This document shows positions 10,263 through 17,924 of a stretch of 64,000 bases of DNA, one piece after another. The position numbers and the translations under genes are program-made. The first letter of the stretch is position 1, and every line of letters begins with the position of its first letter. The notes beneath the pieces were generated by a model. The model saw nothing but the letters and a program-made list of their open reading frames with translations. It had not been told where the DNA came from and searched no databases. The stretch is from NCBI GenBank assembly GCA_052437795.1, contig JBQVPA010000008.1. One strand, given 5' to 3'. Origin of the DNA: Flavobacterium sp. Its GTDB lineage: Bacteria > Bacteroidota > Bacteroidia > Flavobacteriales > Flavobacteriaceae.

Positions 10263-10703
10263 TTAAGGGCTTATCACAAATTCGCTGAGCTGTTTTGGAA
10301 TATGCTGTTCCCAGTCATATGACAATACCTTTGCGATCAGTTTTTCAAGCCCCTCCAGGTCAAAAGGTTTTACCAAGTAGGAACTGGCCCCATATTTAAA
10401 TGCTTTTTTGATATCCGTTGGATCCTGGCTTGTGGAGTAGACAATTACCGGTACGGTATTGAACTTAGGATCTTTTTTAATATTGTCTAATGTTTCCAGC
10501 CCATTCATGACCGGCATGTTAATATCCACAAATATAATATCGGGCTCCGGCTGTCCGTTCTTAAGTTTGGAAACGAGCTCCAGGCCATCATTGGCAACAA
10601 TAAGGTTGCACTTTAATTTGAGCTTGTTCAGCGCGAACTTAAAGAAGTAGACATCGTCCATATCGTCTTCAGCAAGATAGATATTCCGGATAGCAAGTTT
10701 CAT
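10263..10703 (-). CDS. Single-domain response regulator (CheY/Rcp1-like)
   Basis: YLAEDDMDD, IFVDINMPVMNGLE, VYSTS, YLVKP. Confidence 0.9.
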   Translation of the reverse strand: MKLAIRNIYLAEDDMDDVYFFKFALNKLKLKCNLIVANDGLELVSKLKNGQPEPDIIFVDINMPVMNGLETLDNIKKDPKFNTVPVIVYSTSQDPTDIKKAFKYGASSYLVKPFDLEGLEKLIAKVLSYDWEQHIPKQLSEFVISP

Positions 10704-10997
10704 AAGTTAATTATTTAGAAACCTAAAAATAGATCTTAAAAGAATTGACTTACAAATAAGTAGTCCTGATAAAAAATAGATTTGGCATCGGTTGGATCTT
10801 GTAAAGTTAGGTAGATATAAACCCTGCAGCTATTACTTTAACGTAAAATGTTGGTTTACAGTTAAATATTAAAATTTACTTATCGGATGTCGGGCAAAGT
10901 ATAGGCGTTTTGAAAATTCCCATATATTGTTCAAAGCTATATAGTAGACGGTCCTGTTATTTGATATGTTTCGTTCTAAAAAATTAGATCAACGATC

Positions 10998-11037
10998 ATG
11001 CGTGTAAGATTTTTGTATTAAACAATATTTAATTTTT
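10998..11037 (+). promoter_or_regulatory. Candidate TGTAA-box promoter of the araC-response regulator operon
   Basis: CGTGTAA with TGTAA at 11003-11007, 22 nt gap, TAATTTTT at 11030-11037; weaker match than the other copies. Confidence 0.35.
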
Positions 11038-11127
11038 AACACATTGTGTTATTATTATCATAATTGGGAAGCATAGTAGTGAACAACTGTAATGATCTTT
11101 TATATTTACCTGATAAACACACCTATC

Positions 11128-11691
11128 ATGAACCTGCACCTTCGATACAATCTTGACAAGATGTGTCGTGCTGTTTTAACAGAACAGCTTGACAAACTTG
11201 GCTTCCGATACTCGCTTACCGACAGTGCATGCGTATATTTTTACGACCATGTACCTGATGAAGACTATGTCAAACTGCATGAGGCTCTACAGCAATATGG
11301 CATAGAGATACTCGATAACAAAAAGGCTGTAATGGTGCAAAAGGTGAAAGCCATTATTGGAGGAATGCTGGATAATAGCAATGCGCCGCTCATGAAAGTA
11401 TCAGCACACCTGTCAAATGAGCTTGGCGAGAATTACCGTACCATTGCCCAGATATTTAGCGAAACCTGCCACATGACCATTGAGAACTTCATCATCATGT
11501 GCAAGATCGAGCGCGCAAAGCAGCTGCTGATCGCCGAAGCGCTTTCCCTTACCGAGATCTCTTACAAACTCAACTACAGCAGCGTGGCCCATCTTTCCAA
11601 CCAGTTCAAGAAGATCACCGGCCTTACGCCCAGTTCTTTCCAAAAGATAGCCGTAAGCAGGAGGCATTTTAAAACGACCATGTTAAACTAA
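11128..11691 (+). CDS. Short AraC-family transcriptional regulator
   Basis: C-terminal KIERAKQLL...LSLTEISYKLNYSSVAHLSNQFKKITGLTPSSF; start at MNLHLRY preferred. Confidence 0.88.
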   Translation: MNLHLRYNLDKMCRAVLTEQLDKLGFRYSLTDSACVYFYDHVPDEDYVKLHEALQQYGIEILDNKKAVMVQKVKAIIGGMLDNSNAPLMKVSAHLSNELGENYRTIAQIFSETCHMTIENFIIMCKIERAKQLLIAEALSLTEISYKLNYSSVAHLSNQFKKITGLTPSSFQKIAVSRRHFKTTMLN

Positions 11692-11704
11692 ATTACAGGA
11701 ATAT

Positions 11705-12148
11705 ATGTATCTTGATAAACTTCATATTGTACTCGCAGAAGACGATCAGGATGACCGTCTTCTCTTTAATAACGTTTTTAATCATGTAAAGATCAACCAC
11801 ACCCTAAAAATTTGTGAGGATGGTATAGAACTGATGGATCACCTCAGGAATTCCGAAGAGGTTCCTGATATTATTTTCCTGGACCTTACCATGCCGGGCA
11901 AGTCCGGTATCGAATGCCTCAAAGAAATTAAAAAAGATCCAAGGCTTCGCGACATAACCATTGCGATATATTCCACAACTTCTGTAAAGGCAACGATCGA
12001 GCAGGCTTTCATACTCGGGGCCAATGTATTCATCAAAAAGCCTAACGAGTACGATGAGCTTAAAAAAGTATTGACAGAAGTTATCTACATCAACTGGCAG
12101 TACATCACCGAAGGGTTCAATAAAGAACATTTCATGATCAGCTACTAA
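11705..12148 (+). CDS. Single-domain response regulator (CheY/Rcp1-like)
   Basis: VLAEDDQDD, IFLDLTMPGKSGIE, IYSTT, FIKKP; 13 bp after the araC stop. Confidence 0.9.
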   Translation: MYLDKLHIVLAEDDQDDRLLFNNVFNHVKINHTLKICEDGIELMDHLRNSEEVPDIIFLDLTMPGKSGIECLKEIKKDPRLRDITIAIYSTTSVKATIEQAFILGANVFIKKPNEYDELKKVLTEVIYINWQYITEGFNKEHFMISY

Positions 12149-12173
12149 GCAAAATGCAAAATGACCACAACAT

Positions 12174-12206
12174 AAAAGAGAGACCTACATACGGCTCTCT
12201 TTTTTT
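12174..12206 (+). terminator. Intrinsic terminator after the araC-RR operon
   Basis: AAAAGAGAG...CTCTCTTTT stem followed by a T run. Confidence 0.6.
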
Positions 12207-12568
12207 GCTCATACTACTCAGAGGCGGCATTCCCTTGCGACTGCCTTTCCACAGGGTCGTTCGGTATCAGTTTCGCTGTCGGGACCGTATCCAGCCTTCT
12301 CTCTCCATGTCTCCCTGGGCGCCGCCACTGCCCATAGCTATTGTTGAAACAGTCGTCATAGATGGATCATGCAAACAAAAGGTAAAATGATATAAAAGAT
12401 CACGGCTGTGATCTCATAATTTTATAGTAAGTTATCTATGCAAAGGATAGTAGGCTTATATGATTTGTGTTTACTCAGGTTGTTTGGTTATCCCCTGCAC
12501 ACGCGGGGGATATTTTTTTATCCTTCTATGAGATCACGAACTAAAGACCGCCACACTGGCCTAAATGC

Positions 12569-12594
12569 AGAAAGCTTCTGTAAGGAAGCTTTCT
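12569..12594. terminator. Hairpin downstream of the DUF892 gene
   Basis: AGAAAGCTTC-N6-GAAGCTTTCT perfect 10 bp stem. Confidence 0.55.
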
Positions 12595-12620
12595 TTGTTA
12601 TTGGATCTATGTAATTGTAA

Positions 12621-13217
12621 TTATTCCATTTCCTCCTGCATGCCTTCTGCCGTTCCTTCACCTTCGACAGCATCAAGATTGATCGTATTATATGCGGCAT
12701 CGGTAAGTATCACATCCGCTTCTTTTTCCTCGGCCAGGGTTTCCTCCAGCAACGAGGCAACCTCTTCTTCACCAAGGATCTTCGCAAAAGCGACAAGCGT
12801 ACCGTAAGAAGCGATCTCGTAATGCTCGATCTTTTGCGAAGCTGAGATGATGCCTGCATCCCTCACAGGACCCAGCTCGGTATCTTTCATAATGTTTTCG
12901 CCTTCTTTTATCAGGCCTTCCATAGCCTCGCATTTTTTACCGCGGCCGTTTTCGCCAAGCATTTCAAATACCTGCTGCAGGCGCTCCACCTGGCGTTCGG
13001 TCACGGCTAGGTGCTCGTTGATCGCCTCTTTAAGTTTTGGGTCGGAAGCATTGTTCGCCATCTTCGGCAGTGATCTTACCAGTGCCCGCTCAGCATATAC
13101 GATATCTTTAAGCTCATCGATAAAAAGTTCCCTCAGGCCTTCTGCCGCCGAGGATCTTGCAGGAACGGTCCTTTGTCCTTTGCCGTAATTGCTTTTGTTT
13201 TGTGCTGAATTTGCCAT
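12621..13217 (-). CDS. DUF892 / YciE-YciF ferritin-like stress protein (copy 1)
   Basis: LFIDELKDIVYAE, KKCEAMEGLIKEG, RDAGIISASQKIEHYEIASYGTL; start MANSAQ. Confidence 0.9.
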   Translation of the reverse strand: MANSAQNKSNYGKGQRTVPARSSAAEGLRELFIDELKDIVYAERALVRSLPKMANNASDPKLKEAINEHLAVTERQVERLQQVFEMLGENGRGKKCEAMEGLIKEGENIMKDTELGPVRDAGIISASQKIEHYEIASYGTLVAFAKILGEEEVASLLEETLAEEKEADVILTDAAYNTINLDAVEGEGTAEGMQEEME

Positions 13218-13251
13218 AGTTTTTTTATTTTGAATTAGTTGAATACTTGGA

Positions 13252-13731
13252 TCACCTCTTACAATGTTCATACAGAAGGCCCGCTGCCCTGTCTGTTACC
13301 TGAAGGATCATTTCTTCCGGAGCGCCTTTATATACAGTCCTGTCATTTATGGTTCCTGTTGGCGTCACAATAGAAAGGAACATGGTACCCACGGGCTTCT
13401 CGGAAGTTTCACTGCCACCGGCTGTCGTAAGCCCTGTAACGGCAACAGTGACCTTCGAATTAAATAACCGTGCCGCCTGCTTTGCCAACGCTGCCGTTAC
13501 CTCGGCAGACTCGGGTGTATGGTCTTCTATAAGCTTGTGAGGCACATTTAGTATCTGCTCTTTTACAAACACCTCATAGCACGAGATCCCGCCCCGTAAA
13601 ATTTTTCCTGATTCCTCCGTTAGTGCAAATTCCGAACACATCCTGCCGGCCGTAGCGCTCTCAACGAAAGCTATGTTCCAACCCTTTGCCGCGATGGCCG
13701 CGCTGCATCGCTTTATGATCTCTGATGGCAT
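13252..13731 (-). CDS. cinA: CinA C-terminal domain protein (PncC-like NMN deamidase family)
   Basis: IAFVESATAG, ISCYEVFVKEQIL, AVTGLTTAGGSETSEKPVGTMF. Confidence 0.8.
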   Translation of the reverse strand: MPSEIIKRCSAAIAAKGWNIAFVESATAGRMCSEFALTEESGKILRGGISCYEVFVKEQILNVPHKLIEDHTPESAEVTAALAKQAARLFNSKVTVAVTGLTTAGGSETSEKPVGTMFLSIVTPTGTINDRTVYKGAPEEMILQVTDRAAGLLYEHCKR

Positions 13732-13759
13732 ATATACTGCTGTCTTTTTTGGTTCTACT

Positions 13760-13822
13760 CAAAGATACCTGTCCGTTAGGCCGTAGGTTTTACATAACCT
13801 CCCGAACATATTACACGATTTT
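13760..13822 (-). promoter_or_regulatory. cinA-DUF892 promoter with tandem TGTAA boxes
   Basis: TTACA at 13790 and 13811 (21 bp apart; distal box AAAATCGTGTAA on minus), 22 nt gap, TATCTTTG at 13760-13767. Confidence 0.65.
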
Positions 13823-13858
13823 TCTGTGAGGCATCTCTTGAATTGGAACCCCAAAAGG

Positions 13859-14042
13859 GTAGCAGATCTTCTGAAGTATCCAGGACTGTCCGGGATCAGC
13901 ACAAGCGAAAAATATGAAATGGACTACTGGAAAGAGAAGTTCGGCGTTTCGTCCCCACAGCTTTCCGGTCCGGTGCGTGCCGTGGGCAACAATGCAAAAG
14001 ATGTCGAGGTTTTACCTGAAGGAAAAGAAGGGTAAGAAGTGA
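13859..14042 (+). pseudogene. Degenerate DUF3606-family gene
   Basis: EKYEMDYWKEKFGVS..QLSG.VRAVGN motif; no ATG at the expected MAD start (GTA GCA GAT); removing one T in GGTTTTAC restores YLKEKKGKK-stop. Confidence 0.6.
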
Positions 14043-14083
14043 TAATGCAAAAAAGTGCATATGTAACGGGCTTTTTTGCATTA
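14043..14083. terminator. Bidirectional hairpin between the DUF3606 relic and ligD
   Basis: TAATGCAAAAAAG / CTTTTTTGCATTA 13 bp stem. Confidence 0.65.
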
Positions 14084-16111
14084 TTCAGTTAACAGTCCCT
14101 GCGCGAGAGGAAGTGCTTTCTTCATATCAATTCCCTTACCAAGGCTGCCGATAAAAATATCGCCTTCCGACCGGATGCGTGCTACAGCGTTCTGTATCGT
14201 AAAATCCTTCATCTTTAACCCTTTTTTGACTTCTTCCCAATGCAGCGGCATCGATACCGTGGCACCGGGTTTCGGGCGAAGTGAATAGGGGCAGGCGATC
14301 GTTGCACCCGGGCGGTTCTGCAGGAAGTCGAGGTACATTTTTCCTTCCCGGTTCTTTATCTGGCGCTCGGTGCTTGTGAATTCCGGCAATCGTTTATGTA
14401 CGATGGATACAATGAGCTTCCCGAACAATTGCGATTCATCATAAGAGTATTTCGCACCAAGCGGTATGTAGATATGGATGCCTGTCGACCCCGATGTCTT
14501 TACATATCCCGGCACACCAATAGCATCAAGCACCGCCTTAACTTCCTGTGCCGCAATGATGACCTGCTCAAACGTAGTATCCTTGTCAGGATCAAGGTCG
14601 ATAACGCAATAATCAGGGTCATCAGGATGTTTTATGGTGCTAAACCACGGGTTCATCTCTATGCAGCCTAGCGATGCCATGTAAAGCAGTGTTGCCTCAT
14701 CTTTGCCAACGAGGAATTCCTTGTCTTCACCATCGCTCGTAGTATAAGGGTATGTGTTCGCCCACTCCGGTGCTTTGCCTTTTACATCTTTCTGGTAAAA
14801 GCTTTTGCCGTAGATGCCATTGGGGAACCTGTTGAGCGACATGGGCCTGTCCTTAAGGTAAGGCAATATGTAGTCGGCGACCTGGTAGTAATAGTTGAAC
14901 ATATCCCGCTTGGTATATCCTTCTTCCGGCCAGTACACCTTGCTAAGGTTGCTGAATTTCAGGCTGTGCCCATTGATCTTCTTTACCTGCGATGCTTCTG
15001 TGGGGTTCAGCAACGTTTGCCTTCCGGTATCTTTGGGCGCAGTTACCAATGTTGTTTTGTTGCCTTTTTCTTTTCCTTTTGTAAGCTGCTCAGTCGCTGC
15101 CGCGGTTTCCAAAACCACATCGATCGCTTTTTTATCGGCGCGCATCCCTTCAAATGAAGGATGGCGGAAGACCCCGTCTGATGTGATCTCTGTAAAGCTC
15201 ACTTCACATACCAGCTTTGGCTTTAGCCATGTTGCCACGGCTTTTGGTGGGTTAGGACGAAAACGCGAAGGCTTATTGATGTCGGGCTCATATGTAAACG
15301 GCATTGCTGAGGTGATCAGCGGAGCGAACTGCTCCATCATTTCCCTTTGCGCTTTTGCGGTAAAGCCGGTACCTACTTTACCCACATATTCTAATTTTCC
15401 ATTGTTATGGACACCGAGCAGCAAGGAACTGAATAACTTATTTGTACCCTCATTTTTAGTGAATCCCCCAATAACGACTTCCTGCCTTTGGTTCACCTTG
15501 ATCTTCAGCCAATCCCTGGAGCGGCTGTCGGGAGAGTAAACGCTCGTCAGTTTCTTGGCCATGATCCCTTCCAGCCCCATCTTTTGCGCGGCTTCATAAA
15601 AGTCAAGGCCTCCGGCGGTAAATACCTGGCTCATCCGTATGCGGTCATCGGTCGCAGGCAGTATTTCCTTAAGGAGCGCCTGGCGCTCCGACAGTGGCAG
15701 GGCCATAACATCTTTCCCGTCATACCACAACAGGTCGAAGGCGTAGTAAACAAGGTCGCCGTCGGCTTCGCTCCGCCAGTTCTGCAATGCCCCAAAATTG
15801 GCTTTACCATCTTTATTGACTACCAGGATCTCTCCGTCTAGTACAGCGTTGATGCCAAGTTTAGCCATTGCCGAAACTATGGGATAGTATTTTTCGGTAA
15901 AGGGCTTGTTGTTGCGTGATGTAATTTCAACTGCTCCGTCATTGACATACGCCAGCGCCCTGTAACCGTCCCATTTTACTTCATAAGACCAGTTGGAGTC
16001 ATCGAAAGGCTCATTGACCAGCGTAGCAAGCATAGGCTTGACACCGGCAAGCATTTTAGAGGGTTTGTGGGCCGACTTGGGTTTTCCGGGAGATGTTTCT
16101 TTTTTGATCAC
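14081..16111 (-). CDS. ligD: NHEJ DNA ligase D (ligase + polymerase domains, no phosphoesterase domain recognised)
   Basis: YEVKWDGYR adenylation motif, EGIMAK, WLKIK, FRHPSF; polymerase domain with LSKVYWP, IDLDP, KTSGSTGIHI, YLDFLQN, PYSLRP. Confidence 0.92.
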   Translation of the reverse strand: MIKKETSPGKPKSAHKPSKMLAGVKPMLATLVNEPFDDSNWSYEVKWDGYRALAYVNDGAVEITSRNNKPFTEKYYPIVSAMAKLGINAVLDGEILVVNKDGKANFGALQNWRSEADGDLVYYAFDLLWYDGKDVMALPLSERQALLKEILPATDDRIRMSQVFTAGGLDFYEAAQKMGLEGIMAKKLTSVYSPDSRSRDWLKIKVNQRQEVVIGGFTKNEGTNKLFSSLLLGVHNNGKLEYVGKVGTGFTAKAQREMMEQFAPLITSAMPFTYEPDINKPSRFRPNPPKAVATWLKPKLVCEVSFTEITSDGVFRHPSFEGMRADKKAIDVVLETAAATEQLTKGKEKGNKTTLVTAPKDTGRQTLLNPTEASQVKKINGHSLKFSNLSKVYWPEEGYTKRDMFNYYYQVADYILPYLKDRPMSLNRFPNGIYGKSFYQKDVKGKAPEWANTYPYTTSDGEDKEFLVGKDEATLLYMASLGCIEMNPWFSTIKHPDDPDYCVIDLDPDKDTTFEQVIIAAQEVKAVLDAIGVPGYVKTSGSTGIHIYIPLGAKYSYDESQLFGKLIVSIVHKRLPEFTSTERQIKNREGKMYLDFLQNRPGATIACPYSLRPKPGATVSMPLHWEEVKKGLKMKDFTIQNAVARIRSEGDIFIGSLGKGIDMKKALPLAQGLLTE

Positions 16112-16143
16112 GGCTTACTATTTGAATTTGAAATACAGGTACA

Positions 16144-16314
16144 TTATTCTTGTTCATCGAAAAACTCACGGGCACGTTTAAGCCCGGTCGCTATAGCGAT
16201 CCCTTCTTCAACACCTTCTTTCAAAAGGGCATTCGCGATCTCTACTGCCTTTTCCCTTAGGTATTCAGGCTGGTTCTTATAGGCTGGCGGATAGTCGCCG
16301 TTGTACCAGGGCAT
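16144..16314 (-). CDS. 56-aa small protein resembling the N-terminus of Bacillus YdaT general-stress protein (absent from the ORF track)
   Basis: Manual translation MPWYNGDYPPAYKNQPEYLREKAVEIANALLKEGVEEGIAIATGLKRAREFFDEQE; ATG lies 3 nt after the upstream stop. Confidence 0.75.
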   Translation of the reverse strand: MPWYNGDYPPAYKNQPEYLREKAVEIANALLKEGVEEGIAIATGLKRAREFFDEQE

Positions 16315-16317
16315 GGC

Positions 16318-17082
16318 TTAAATATCAGGGTTATTATTGCGTATTTCATCGTGGCTCAGCAGTACGACCTGATAATTGTCCGCCGAACGCAGCAACGTAA
16401 TAGTTGAAGGCTCTTTCAGGTCAGATGCCAGGTTTGCCCAAACAAGTTCCCTATCTTCGTATACACTGCTTCGCTGGGAGCGGAACAATACATAGATGGA
16501 GAACTCATCATCGTTGAAGAACAGGTCCCGGTTTTCGTCCAGTATCAGCCTTGGCCCCTTGTACATGATCTCGGCTTCCTTATCATAAACCAGCTTAGCC
16601 AGCCTGTCATATAGTATGGCATTGCCCTCGGCGCCTGTAGGGTCAAATTCAAGTTCGGCCCTGGTACCGCCTATGCGTACCAAAATATCTTCCCATTCCT
16701 GTTCATTATTGTAAAGCGTATCGGAATTGATAGATGGCAATGAAGACAATTCTATTAATTGGTGATGTCCGTCCGATTCCCTGATCTCAGGAAGATCAAG
16801 CCGTGAAGCCTCTGACTCCAATATCCTCCAAAGTGATCCGTCATCATCTTCATCTGGCGTTATTTCCCTGAACAATACATAGGTTGAAAATCCGTCGTCA
16901 TGCCTTGGCAGCAGGTGGTGATCATAACGGAAATAATCCCCTTTATACACGAGGTCAGCCATACGAAGTGAGATCGCTTCTTTTAGGCTCCTGTAGAAAT
17001 TTGCATAATTCTCAGGTTTTCCGATCTTAAGTTGTGGTATGTCGCGGCTCATTAGCCGCAACACGATATCATTTGTTCTCAT
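16318..17082 (-). CDS. Hypothetical protein made of two tandem ~125-aa repeats
   Basis: 254-aa ORF inside the ankyrin-ligD operon; repeated YKG...DD.FS.YVLFR motif. Confidence 0.75.
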   Translation of the reverse strand: MRTNDIVLRLMSRDIPQLKIGKPENYANFYRSLKEAISLRMADLVYKGDYFRYDHHLLPRHDDGFSTYVLFREITPDEDDDGSLWRILESEASRLDLPEIRESDGHHQLIELSSLPSINSDTLYNNEQEWEDILVRIGGTRAELEFDPTGAEGNAILYDRLAKLVYDKEAEIMYKGPRLILDENRDLFFNDDEFSIYVLFRSQRSSVYEDRELVWANLASDLKEPSTITLLRSADNYQVVLLSHDEIRNNNPDI

Positions 17083-17087
17083 TGTGA

Positions 17088-17591
17088 CTATACATTTTGA
17101 GTTGATATTTTTTCTTCAGTTTCCTGTAGGCGAGCTAAGCCTTCTGTATTACCCTGCTGGGCGGCGAGGTCGGCAGCGGTCATGCCACGTTTGTCCCTGA
17201 TATGCCTGTCGGCGCCCCAGGCAAGCAGGAGCGCCACAATGTCATTACGCCCGAACATTGCCGCGAACATTAGCGCTGTACCGCCATTACCGTTCTGCAG
17301 ATCAATGCCGGCGCCATTTTTCAAAAGCAGTTGTGCCACTTCAGGATAGCCTTTGAACGATGCACCCATGAGCGCAGTATTCCCGCTATTATCGGCAATG
17401 TCAATATTAGCGCCTGCCTCCAAAAGTGCCTCAACGGCCTCGGGATGGTTATTATAGGCAGCAAGGATCAGCGGCGTAAAGCCTTTTTCATCATGTATGT
17501 CTACAGTATCTTTTAGTGCAAAGATCTCCAATAGTACAGGGACATTCCCTTGGCGTGAGGCAGCGAATAACGCCTGTGTGATCTCGTCCAT
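17088..17591 (-). CDS. Ankyrin-repeat protein (AnkB-like)
   Basis: GFTPLILAAYNNH, GNTALMGASFKGY, GGTALMFAAMFGR, GMTAADLAAQQG. Confidence 0.92.
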   Translation of the reverse strand: MDEITQALFAASRQGNVPVLLEIFALKDTVDIHDEKGFTPLILAAYNNHPEAVEALLEAGANIDIADNSGNTALMGASFKGYPEVAQLLLKNGAGIDLQNGNGGTALMFAAMFGRNDIVALLLAWGADRHIRDKRGMTAADLAAQQGNTEGLARLQETEEKISTQNV

Positions 17592-17831
17592 TGTATGTTA
17601 TTTATGTTTATTATTATAAGTGTAACTCATTTCGGTTTAGTGAAATAAAAGCAACATCCAATTTACGATCTCTATTTTTTAAGTATGGTAAATTTTATTT
17701 AAAGTTTTTTACATCCTGCGAACACATTTGATTCTAATAATATAATAAATGTTCGCATATTTTTATGTATACTAATAAAAATCAAATAGTTATGTGTGTT
17801 ATTGACAGGATGTCGAAAATCGTCAGAAGGT

Positions 17832-17843
17832 AAAATCATGTAA
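17832..17843 (+). promoter_or_regulatory. TGTAA box upstream of katE
   Basis: Exact AAAATCATGTAA; no clear TAnnTTTG at the expected spacing. Confidence 0.5.
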
Positions 17844-17924
17844 TTTGTTTTAGCACAAACTTGACAGTACTTAGTGTTGAAAATGAGGAACTTCACATTT
17901 TTAAAACCGTCAAAAAAGCATCCA

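Noticed and set aside
12154-12390. 78-aa plus-strand ORF
   Set aside because: Runs through the araC-RR terminator and has no recognisable features
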